NCBI GenBank assembly: GCA_051294375.1
Contig: CM119264.1
Coordinates: forward strand, 23,692,858 to 23,756,857
Reading direction: 5' to 3'
DNA length: 64,000 nt
Source: Paraspadella gotoi
Taxonomy: Eukaryota; Animalia; Chaetognatha
Below, one piece after another: positions 1 through 10,005 of the stretch. Position 1 is the first letter of the stretch, and each line of letters begins with the position of its first letter. The notes under the pieces were generated by a model. It made no database searches and was not told the origin of the DNA. It saw only the letters and a list, made by a program, of their open reading frames with translations. Made by a program: the position numbers and the translations under genes.

Positions 1-1187
1 AACAGAAAAGAGAAATGTCAAGATTTTAATATTCGGTAGGAATTGATATTTGGGAGCGGCGGCGACGAATCGTCCGAATAAAGTTTTATTAGAAGACGGA
101 GCTCAATAAATTCTTGACAGGAAAAAAAATAAATCTTGGGTTTTTGTCCAGTTTTTAGTTTGACAGGTTTTTTTTTGTTTATTTCTCCGTTTGACGGAAT
201 TTATTTTTAGGCGATTATAATTTTACAAAGGGGTGCGTGGGTAAAATATTTGAAGGAAATAATTGGCTTTGCCATATTCGTCAGAAAAAAAAAATCGTAA
301 AGTCTCTCGGTAAAACTTAGCCTCTTTTATTTATCAATCAGTACCCCTTTTTAATATTTTCAACATAATAATTAATATATGAGTTTCATTCGTTTACAAC
401 AATTATTAGAAACAGTACATACATACAAAAGGACATGCGGAATTAGAGATACATCATTTATCCATAAATGAAATAATCTACGATAAATGTGAAAAATGAC
501 GCCAGGTAAAGAAGAGAATTTGACGAATTGACGAATTGACGAATTGAGAATTTGACGAATTGACGTCTGCCGACAACCGACGGTGTCTTTGCCATCGAAG
601 TCGGCTTTGTCGTTGTCGGCCTCTTTGTCCTCTGTGTCTTCGTCGTCGTGCTTTTTGTTCTCATTTCCAGCAGCGACGGTGGCCGCGGCGCCGTTCGGAC
701 CTTGGAATTTTGATTTTGATTGTTAGCAAATCTTTATAGGGTCTACTCCAATAAGGGGTAAACAAACAATAATAGTAACGTTGTTTTACACGAATTAAAA
801 TTTTATTTAAAAAATTAGGAAAAATCTTTCCAGGAGAAAGGTGAATTAATTTCATTTAATATTCATCTTATTTAGTAACATAAGTATAAGCATATTCATT
901 AAAATAATATTTTAATAAATTGTAATAATTTTTTATTTACTGCTTAATGTTTATTCTATCGAGCAACCATATTATAAATAAATTTATATAAAATTGAATA
1001 TTTAATATCTTCAAAATGTAAATTAAAACTATAATTTAAAAAAAAATATGTTTCTTATTTTATTTATAAAAGTTATTAAAACAATAAAAAGATTTAAATT
1101 ACTAAAATTTAAAACAATTTTCGTGGCTAATCTTTATGTGACACCATGTATTTGAATTCGAAAACGTCAGATCTCGATCTCTCAGGG

Positions 1188-1194
1188 TATAAAA
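1188..1194 (+). promoter_or_regulatory. Candidate TATA box of the peptide-precursor gene
   Basis: GGGTATAAAAA about 275 nt upstream of the ATG. A possible non-coding first exon could end at CAG|GTAGTT (1315/1316), with an acceptor TTACCACAG| at 1442 just before the ATG exon. The region is AT-rich, so a chance match is possible. Confidence 0.35.
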
Positions 1195-1463
1195 ATAAAG
1201 AGCTCGAATCATCGAAGCTCTGAGAAATTTTTCACCAGCAAGGTTGCCAACTGGAGACTTCTTTCTTTCGCAATTGCAAAAACTGTCTTTGGCAACTCTG
1301 ATCATCGGACATCAGGTAGTTTAGCGCAGATATTGCTCTCTTTTTAAAGTTCGGGAAGACGAGAAAGACATTGTTTTTGGTTTTAAACATAAACTATAAG
1401 TCTGCATAAATAAAAAAAAGTAAATTTTTGATCTTACCACAGAATCAATACGATCCCGTCGTC

Positions 1464-1533
1464 ATGGAGATGAAAATTCTTCTGCTCGTTTCTCTCACGG
1501 TCTGTGCGGTCTCGGGTCTGCCGGTCGAACAAG
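1464..1533 (+). CDS. Precursor exon: signal peptide MEMKILLLVSLTVCAVSG-LPVEQ
   Basis: gtcATGG start context, basic n-region, hydrophobic h-region, V-S-G cleavage motif; 23 codons + 1 nt, then a GT donor at 1534. Confidence 0.85.
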
Positions 1534-4500
1534 GTGAAGAAAAGAAATACATGGAGAAAGACTCGGGCTTGTGCGCACTGTTTTCCGACCTAGAATAGTA
1601 GTTATTCCTATTCTTAATTGACTTCTTAATAATATAACATACTGCAGTGGTTTTAAGCTGTTGAGTGGCGCAGCGTATTGTAAGAGCTTGGCAAAAATAA
1701 AACCTATATGATTATCAGAAAGAGGAAACATCAGTGATTATTTTGGTGTTTTATAAAAAGATATTCAATAACTTTTAGCCTGAAGGTAAATACTATTCTA
1801 AGTTTTTAATCACTACTTTGTAATTATTCAAAATATGGATCTGTGTATCTATAAACTTTGAAGAGTTGCTTTAATTTCTTTTTTTTTATTTTATTAATAG
1901 ACAAGCGAGGTCTGTTCACCGATTTGGGCGCAGGACTTGGTGAATTGGCTGATGATACAGCCAGCGTTGCTGGGGATGTAGCGGGAGAGGTTTTTGGTGA
2001 GATTCATATTTAACGCATGCCTAATGTAGAATATATAGTAGTATATTTAACTTTTTCTAATTTTTTTTAGGCAAGAAAGGCCTTTTCACTGATTTGGGAG
2101 CTGGCCTTGGAGAATTAGCAGATGATACGGCCGTTGTTGCTGGGAATGTAGCGGGAGAGGTTTTTGGTGAGATTTATATTTACCACAAGTATATAGCATG
2201 ATGTACTATATTTTACTTTCTTTAAATTATTTTCATAGGCAAGAAGGGTCTGTTCACTGATTTGGGCGCAGGCCTTGGTGAAGTGGCAGACGATACGGCC
2301 AGTGTTGCTGGGGATGTAGTGGGGGAGGTTTTTGGTAAGATTCATATTTAGCATATAAATATTATATATAATATAACATAAATAATATAATAATGCAATA
2401 ATATAATTGAATATAATATAACATTCCTCTTTAAACTTTTTTTGAATTTTATTGATAGGCAAGAAAGGTCTGTTCACCGACTTGGGCGCAGGCCTTGGTG
2501 AAGTGGCAGATGATACGGCCAGCATTGCTGGGGATGTAGCTGGAGAGGTTTTTGGTGAGATTCATATTCAACAACATATTAACAAATATTTAACACATAT
2601 ATGTTTTAGAACATACTATATTTACCCTTTTTTGCTCATACGGGGCAAGAAAGGTCTGTTCACCGACTTGGGCGCAGGCCTTGGTGAAGTGGCAGATAAT
2701 ACGGCCAGGCATTGCTGGGAGATGTAGCTGGAGGGTTTTTGGTGATGTCAATTCATTCAACACATATTAACAAACAAAATATTTAAGCATATTGTTTAGA
2801 AACATAGATATTTAACTTTTTGTTCATAGGCAAGGAAAGGTTCTGTTCACAAGCGCTTGGGCGCAGCAGGCGCTGTGGTGAAGTGGGCAGAAGTGATACG
2901 AGCCAGCATTGCCTGGGAGATGTAGCTGGAGAGGCTTTTTGGTGAGATTCATATTCAACATATTAACAAATATTGAACACATATATTTTTTAGAACATAC
3001 TATATTTACCCTTTTTTGTCATAGGCAAGAAAGGTCTGTTCACCGAATTGGGCGCAGGCCTTGGTGAAGTGGCAGATGATACGGCCAGCATTGCTGGGGA
3101 TGTAGCTGGAGAGGTTTTTGGTGAGATTCATATTCAACATATTAACAAATATTTAACGCATATATTTTTTAGAACATACTATATTAACCCTTTTTTGTCA
3201 TAGGCAAGAAAGGTCTGTTTACCGACTTGGGCGCAAGGCCTTAGGTGAAAGTGGCAGATGATACGGCCAGCAATTGCTGGGGATGTAGCTGGGAGAGGTT
3301 TTTGGTGAGATTCAATATTCAAACAATATTAACAAATATTTAACGACATATATTTTTTAGAACATACTATATTTACCCTTTTTTGTCATAGGCAAGAAAG
3401 GTTCTGTTCACCAAGACTTGGGCGCCGGCCTTGGTGATAGTGGCAGATGATACGGCCAGCATTGCTGGGGATGTAGCTGGAGAGTTTTTGGTGAGATTCA
3501 TAAATTTAACAGCATATTAACAAATAATTTAACGCATATATGTCTTAGAACTTACTATATTTACCTTTTTTCTTCATAGGCAAGAAAGGTCTGTTCACCG
3601 ACTTGGGCGCAGGNNNNNNNNNNNNNNNNNNNNNNNNNNNNNNNNNNNNNNNNNNNNNNNNNNNNNNNNNNNNNNNNNNNNNNNNNNNNNNNNNNNNNNN
3701 NNNNNNNNNNNNNNNNNNNNNNNNNNNNNNNNNNNNNNNNNNNNNNNNNNNNNNNNNNNNNNNNNNNNNNNNNNNNNNNNNNNNNNNNNNNNNNNNNNNN
3801 NNNNNNNNNNNNNNNNNNNNNNNNNNNNNNNNNNNNNNNNNNNNNNNNNNNNNNNNNNNNNNNTTGTCATAGGCAAGAAAGGTCTGTTCACCGACTTGGG
3901 CGCTGGCCTTGGAGAATTGGCAGATGATACGGCCGTTGTTGCTGGGAATGTGGCAGGAGAAGTTTTTGGTAAGATTCATATTTATATTGTAAAACTTACT
4001 ATATTTTAGTTTATATAGTCATCACATGCTCTGTTTAGATATTGATTAAGAAACGTCGAATTTGGGTTCAAGTCCAGTATTTTTTTTATATTGAAAATCA
4101 ATATTTTGATCTTTTTTGACAGATCATCGTTTCGGGTTGTTAAAGTGAAATGAGGGGGGAAAAGAGAGCTAAGAATGAGAGAGAGAGTCAAACAATACAA
4201 CAGTCGACAACAGTCAAACAATACGACGGTCATGTTGTATTGTTTGACATTCACCTGTTTTCTCTTTCTCTCTCTCTCTCATTCTTAGCTCTCTTTTTCC
4301 CTCTCATTTCACTTTAACAACCCTGAACGATGATCTGTCAAAAAAGATCAAAATATTGGTTTTCAATATAAAAAAAATACTGCAAGTGAACCCAAATTCG
4401 ACGTTTCTTAATCAATAATACTACATTTAATTTGTTATAATTTTATTTTTAGGCAAGAAAGGTCTTTTCACCGACTTGGGTGCTGGCCTTGGAGAATTGG

Positions 4501-4705
4501 CCGATGATACGGCCGTTGTTGCTGGGAACGTAGCGGGAGAGGTTTTTGGTGAGATTTATATTTTCCATAAGTACATATAGCATGATATTTTTAATTTTTT
4601 TCAATTTTCTTCATAGGCAAGAAAGGTCTCTTCACCGATTTGGGCGCAGGCCTTGGTGAATTGGCTGACGATACGGCCAGCGTTGCTGGGGATGTTTTGG
4701 GTTAG
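1464..4705 (+). CDS. Multi-exon secreted polyprotein precursor: signal peptide plus >=13 exon-encoded 32-aa repeats (putative amidated anionic peptides)
   Basis: The signal exon splices in phase 1 to a series of AG|...G|GT exons starting at 1901, 2071, 2239, 2459, 2645, 2830, 3025, 3204, 3392, 3580, 3873, 4453 and 4617. Intact copies are exactly 96 nt, and most differences between copies are synonymous. Confidence 0.9.
1901..1996 (+). CDS. Repeat exon 1: (D)KR-GLFTDLGAGLGELADDTASVAGDVAGEVF-(G)
   Basis: T-rich tract + TAG acceptor, 96 nt, GTGAG donor. Confidence 0.9.
2071..2166 (+). CDS. Repeat exon 2: GKK-GLFTDLGAGLGELADDTAVVAGNVAGEVF-(G)
   Basis: TTTTTTTTAG acceptor, 96 nt, GTGAG donor. 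Confidence 0.9.
2239..2334 (+). CDS. Repeat exon 3: GKK-GLFTDLGAGLGEVADDTASVAGDVVGEVF-(G)
   Basis: TTTTCATAG acceptor, 96 nt, GTAAG donor. Confidence 0.9.
2459..2554 (+). CDS. Repeat exon 4: GKK-GLFTDLGAGLGEVADDTASIAGDVAGEVF-(G)
   Basis: TAG acceptor, 96 nt, GTGAG donor. Confidence 0.9.
2645..2941 (+). pseudogene. Repeat exons 5 and 6 (~2645-2741, ~2830-2941), frameshifted by scattered indels
   Basis: Same repeat with many 1-3 nt insertions in both exon and intron. These are either long-read errors or decayed pseudo-exons. Confidence 0.6.
3025..3120 (+). CDS. Repeat exon 7: GKK-GLFTELGAGLGEVADDTASIAGDVAGEVF-(G)
   Basis: TTTTTTGTCATAG acceptor, 96 nt, GTGAG donor. Confidence 0.85.
3204..3613 (+). 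CDS. Repeat exons 8 (3204-3304) and 9 (3392-3490), both with indels, and 10 (3580 into the gap)
   Basis: Splice sites intact. Exons 8 and 9 carry small insertions; exon 10 is cut by the N-gap at 3614-3863, which may hide more copies. Confidence 0.65.
3873..3968 (+). CDS. Repeat exon 11: GKK-GLFTDLGAGLGELADDTAVVAGNVAGEVF-(G)
   Basis: CATAG acceptor, 96 nt, GTAAG donor. Confidence 0.88.
4040..4417. mobile_element. Foldback/MITE-like element in an intron of the peptide gene
   Basis: About 150-bp near-perfect inverted arms (TA|TTGATTAAGAAACGTCGAATTTGGGTTCA ... TGAACCCAAATTCGACGTTTCTTAATCAA|TA). The flanking TA is consistent with a Tc1/mariner-type TSD. There is an inner hairpin GTCAAACAATAC/GTATTGTTTGAC. 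Confidence 0.85.
4453..4548 (+). CDS. Repeat exon 12: GKK-GLFTDLGAGLGELADDTAVVAGNVAGEVF-(G)
   Basis: TTTTTAG acceptor, 96 nt, GTGAG donor. Confidence 0.9.
4617..4705 (+). CDS. Last visible repeat exon: GKK-GLFTDLGAGLGELADDTASVAGDVL-G-stop
   Basis: CATAG acceptor; shortened repeat ending GTT TTG GGT TAG. A phase-1 donor at 4701 (GTTAG) is also possible. Confidence 0.75.
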
Positions 4706-5064
4706 ATTCATATATGACACATGTATTTTGTTTTTTAAACGAAGGAGTGCAAAATGGAAATTAGTTGATAGATTGAAATGTAAGTGTATTTTAAAATTGA
4801 GAAGCTCTCCCAGCGCAACAACGGAATTTTATGTGAAAAAATTGTTAAATTGTCGTGAATATTATATTCTTAAGATTAAAATTCATAAATTTAAATTTCG
4901 ATTCCTTTTCATTATTTACGAAAGAATGCAATTATCAAGTGTAGTGAAGAGTCAGTAACTATTGTTATGTGTTAGTGACAGAACCGTTCAATATAAGCAG
5001 TCCCTGAGCTTCGGATCAGGCGGTAACACCGTGTTAGAGGCGGGTTAAGCGCCCCGTCCCTCTT

Positions 5065-5145
5065 AACTGCTAGGCGACCGCCGGGCTAGAACCCCGGACC
5101 TTTGGGTTGGGAGGAGAATGACTTGCTTCCGGCACCAATGGCCGC
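5065..5145 (-). mobile_element. Degenerate tRNA-derived SINE-like head
   Basis: Minus strand reads ...CCCAAAGGTCCGGGGTTCTAGCCCGGCGGTCGCC, a B-box/T-arm-like hairpin; GC-rich island in AT-rich DNA. Confidence 0.35.
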
Positions 5146-5275
5146 TGATGAACGGTCGGTGGATTTTAGTCCACCATAGTAGCATAGTAGTACATTTTGC
5201 TTTGGAACCAATTGCCTAGAAATTTAATTTTGCTTTTTCTGCTCTATTGGCGTAAGTTTCATCTAATCTTTCATT

Positions 5276-5710
5276 TTATCAGCAGATCCCAACTTTATAA
5301 TCCACTTTTTGAGGTCCGCAACCTTAATCTTCTCGGTCATTCACTTAAATCATGTCAGAACATCGAATAATAATAAATTTTGCAAAAAAATTATGTCCGT
5401 CCGTCCGTCCGTCCGTCCGTCCGTCCGCCTGTCTGTCTGTCTGTCTGTCTGTCCATCCGTCCCACCTTACCATTAAACTCCAATTACGATGGAATCGTGC
5501 AGGTGGAAATTACTTAAGTCACATTTACTAAAATCTTTTTACTAATTTTATCCACTAATTATTCGAATTAATCATAATTGGATGAATAGATTGAGTAAAA
5601 TTTTATGTGTGATTGAGCAGGATATAAAGTTTTGAAGGAATCGAGGAGTGGAAATGAGTTTGCATGAAAAAAAACCCAAGTCAAGTTGACTTGAATTTTT
5701 ATTATTTTTG
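5276..5710 (+). mobile_element. Helentron-associated (HINE/DINE-1-like) element fragment
   Basis: Homologous to 53670-54200: GCAGATCCC, ATCATGTCAGAACATCGA core, (GTCC)n(GTCT)n microsatellite at ~5395-5463, CCCACCTTA. Confidence 0.7.
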
Positions 5711-7027
5711 CTTACTAATTAATTAATTAAAGTGAAAAAGATGTAATTTGAAAAAAATATGTGAATAAAAAAATGATGCAAGTTGAAAAAATGATGAAAG
5801 TTGAAAAAAGGATGCTCGTTGAAAAAATGATGCCAGTTGCAAAATAATAATAGTTAAAAAAAAATATTTATACTTTATTTTGAGTGGGAGAAGTTTTTAT
5901 TTAAGTCAGTTTGTATACATCCTCGCTTAATCGCTACACTTTCCCCAAGAGGGGCTCATCAATTATGCGCTTTTCCCCAGCTTATTCCTTTCTCCAGCTC
6001 CCTTTTCATCTCCTCTTTTCCCCCTCAAGAAAGATTATTCATTAATCAGAGTGAAGATCCGCATCGAGCGACCAATTTTCCTTTTAACGACGACACAAAT
6101 TCTTTTTCGGCGAATTTTGTTTGCCGAGGGTCGAAATTGTCCTCTTTAGCATCGCCTCTCCTTCACAGCCCCTCGAGCCTCAAGTCACCACTCAATCAAG
6201 TTCACCACTCCACACTCCTCGCAGCCCCGTGAGCCCCTCACGGCCCGACCCTGCGCCCCCGTTTCACATGAATCCAATTTTTGCGGTCGTTCGTTCGTCT
6301 CGCGTTTCACCGGCAGAATTTGAGGTCCCGGAAAATCGTTGGCTTCATTTTAATTCAGTTCCATGAGTTAAATGTTTAGTATCATAAGATTTTCTGTTTT
6401 ACGACGAGGATGTATTTTCGGTTTTATTTGTCGGTTATACGGAATTTAAAATTCGTGATTTCACTAAAAGTGAGACGGAGAACTTTGAAACGTTTTTTTT
6501 TCAGATATGGTGACGCGGAATCGTAAATGTGTTCTTACCTAAAAATATATATTTTAGAAGGTTTTAAAGCATTTTGAGTGTTACAGGAAGATTATTTAAA
6601 GTCATACTCACATGTACAGGAAAGAATTTATAGTTCTTAGCGGCTGAATCCTGGGAGATAAAAAGAAAGGAAAGAATTCCCGGCGAAACCCGGGAGCGGA
6701 CGCCAACGGCGCCGGATCACGGTTCCCTCCTCGCGCCAAATGGGGACAAAACACGTGGCGTCATGGATTCGCGATTTCCTTTTATGGTCATGGAATTCCA
6801 TGGAATATGCGTTCTTTCTTCTCCTTAATTGGCAGCTCTTCCGTCGGCAGACGCTTTGCTTGCCTCGTCATTTTCTTTCCTCGTTACTTTTTTTTTCTTT
6901 TCTTTTTTTCCTATTTTTTATTTCTTTTTATTTTCCTTGTTTGTTTGTTTCGTCGGATCTTTGCTTTCGAGGCCCCTGCGCTTGTTGAGCTGGTTTGTTT
7001 TTTGTTTTATTTTTTATTTATTTTTTT

Positions 7028-7028
7028 T

Positions 7029-7124
<96 letters not shown>

Positions 7125-7126
7125 TC
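7028..7126. repeat. (TTTC)n microsatellite
   Basis: Perfect tetranucleotide array. Confidence 0.95.
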
Positions 7127-8166
7127 ATTCTATTTTCCGTTATAAAAGACGTTCCTGATTATTATTATGTTATAATATTATAATGATATTATCAATAACT
7201 AAATGACATTGAAAAACACCATAAAAACATCTCCGGTAAACATCCCTCACGAACTTTTCCAGTAAATATCTTCCGAAAACATCTCAAGTCAAAGATGTTT
7301 TCCCACAAATTCCGCGACAAAAACAAACTCACCTCCATCAAAAAAAAAAAGAATAAAATCCTCATTTCCCCCAAAATCCACCCAATACCGTTGCCTACCT
7401 AAACCCGCGACGCATTGCCACCTTACCCGCAAACCTTTACTCCCCCACCCCTAGCCGACAACGACAACGACAACGACAACGGGTCGGCGATGCGCTTTTC
7501 CGTTTCCCTTCAGATTAATCCATCCAATTTTCCGTCGACGCGTGACGAATAATTTCGTTATGTTTTTTTTTCTTCTCCCGAATAACGCGCGTCTTCGTCG
7601 TCCTTGTTGTTGTTGTCGTCGTCGTAGTTTTCTTCGTTGTTGTTTTATTCGTCGTTGTTGTCATCGTTTATGACAACCTCATTCGTTATCGATTACTTCT
7701 TCACCCTTCGCAACTTTAACATTCACACCGCGCCGTTTTGACATGTGACGCTTCTAGTTTAATTTTAAGTCTAGAATTTTAACTAGTCGAAAACGACTTT
7801 GCAGGAAAGAGAAACCGTTACTTACTTTAGACATTGTATGCTTGCTTCACTTACCGCTAAAATAATATATTTAATTCATGATTCGATCTTGACTTTCTAC
7901 GTTTCTGTCATAAATTTATCGCATAAAAAAATAGCATTTTAAAACTGAAAAACATTGCAAAGATAAATAAAAGCATTTTAAAACTGAAAAACATCGCAAA
8001 GATAAATAAAAGCATTTAAAATTTAAAAAAAAAGAAATCAATGACGAAGAATGAATCGTCTCTGTGACAGAAAAAATTTCTTTAAACTTTGAATCAAACA
8101 AGAAATTTATTCTCAATGATATAAACGGTAGTTATCTTGAAAAAAATTTAAATCAGGCGGAGGGTC

Positions 8167-8237
<71 letters not shown>

Positions 8238-8692
8238 CTCTCACCATTTCGCTTTCGATCTCCGGTAACCATTTCTACGTCAGCAGACGCTCACAATTTT
8301 TATCAATTTACAAATGCGGGTTTTTTCTTTTCTTTCTTATTTTTTTATTTTTTAAATTTTATTTATACAAAATTACATTTCCCTCGATTCTCATCATTAT
8401 TCTTTTCGCGCCTAATTTGATTCCGCGGTTTTTTTTTCACTTTTGTCACGCGAAACCCAAAGGAATACATTAGAAAGGAAAAGAAAAAAATTTAAAAAAA
8501 TTTAAAAGTTAAAAAAAAAATAATAAAAAGAGAAATAAATAAAAAGAAACTGACAACATTAAAATAGAGTTCAACAAATCTGCGAGTTTGATTGTGGCCG
8601 TGGCGAAACAACAAGAAACGTTCACACCTAAAAGTTAAAGCCGAACTAATTATCTTGGCTTCCGAGGCGTATCTCATTCTTCTCTCTCTGCT

Positions 8693-8725
<33 letters not shown>

Positions 8726-9929
8726 TCTCTCTCTCTCTCTCCTCTCTCTCTTCTCTCTCTCTCTCTCTCTCGTCTGTCTCTTCTCCTCGCCATCTTCTCC
8801 TCATCCCCTCGCCTTCTTCCCAACCAATCAGATTTCGATGGTTCTTAGCTTCAGTCGCAGATTTGCGTCGCTGATAGCAAAGGAGTGATGGAACTTAAGA
8901 GGGATGAGAAATAGAGAGGAGGGAGGAGGGAGACGAGGAGAGGGGAGAATTAGGAAGTAGGAAGAGAAGTGATAAAGAGAAGAGAAAGAGTGGAGGAAAA
9001 ACAGGGTAAAATTGGATTATTTAAGGAATACGTAACCGGCAGAAGAAAAAAAGAGAGACGGAAGAAAGATAAAGAAAGAGAGAGAAGTTGAAAGTAAGTG
9101 AGAGTAAAAAGAATAAAAAGCTAAAGAACCTAAAATTGATTCTGAAGAAGAAAACGAGAAATATTGAATGATGAAGAAAATATATAGAGAGCGACACGAA
9201 AACTCTGACCAAAAAATGATGTTCCGGACTTTTGGACTTATTTTCAGTTTAAGGGAACCGGGACGAGACCTGATTTTTATCTCCCGAAGATTTAACGATC
9301 TGCCAAACGCCGATTCTTCAAAGAGACTTAGAAGAACAGCAACAACAACAACGTCAAAATTACATTCGCTGCGGTTGGCATGGAAACATGAATGACTCGC
9401 CCTGCATTCTTGAGCCCGAAGGACGACCGGGAAAATCCCCGGAGAGCGTTATGACACAGCAGAGAGAGAGAGAAGAAGGAGAGGTGATAGACGAGGGAGA
9501 GAGAGAGAGAGGAGAGAGAAGAGAGAAGGAGAGGGAGAGAGAAGAAGAGAGAGAGGAGAGAGAGAGGAGAGAGAGAGAGAGAAGAGAGAAGGAGAGACGA
9601 GAGGAAGACGAGGAGGTGAGGAGACGAGAGGAAGAGAGAGAGAGAGAGAGATAGGACGGGAAATGAAAGCGAGGTAATAAGAGAAGAGAAAACCTGCGAC
9701 GAACCGCGACAAAAGTTGGGGTCGCCATAAATCAAAGGGAAAAAAAGAGTTTGTTTATGAGTCAGCGACGTTTTCACGACCGGGACAGAAAAAAAGGGAC
9801 AGAAAGGGGAGAGTCATGACTCAGGAGGACAGAAGAGGGATAGAAGAAATTGAGCAAATGACAGAGACGGAGAAAATCAATAAGCTACTCATGTCGCGCC
9901 ATGTAACGAGGATTCCCCAGGTTCTACTT

Positions 9930-10005
9930 TCGTGACCAAGTGGAACATATTGATGAAGGCCATTACCTCATGATCACAAGTTCCCGTGTTCAGTCCCAGG
10001 CCGGT
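9930..10005 (+). mobile_element. tRNA-derived SINE-like head
   Basis: A-box-like TGACCAAGTGG and B-box-like GTTCAGTCCC at Pol III-like spacing; no full cloverleaf. Confidence 0.35.

Noticed and set aside
1909-1995. Assignment to DH31/calcitonin (GLDLGL...) or pedal-peptide/orcokinin families
   Set aside because: Only superficial N-terminal similarity. There is no C-terminal Pro-amide as in DH31, and the peptide is longer than typical pedal peptides and predicted to be amidated.
2115-2525. Minus-strand ORFs over the repeat array
   Set aside because: Antisense shadows of the + strand exons.
1901-4705. Regularly spaced repeats with variable spacers resembling a CRISPR array or satellite
   Set aside because: Repeats are 96 nt, bounded by AG/GT splice sites and codon-constrained; the spacers are AT-rich introns; the context is eukaryotic with no cas genes.
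5144-5190. CTGATGA motif plus GGTGGA/TCCACC hairpin as a hammerhead or Helitron end
   Set aside because: No GAAA core or stem III, and no CTRR terminus after the hairpin.
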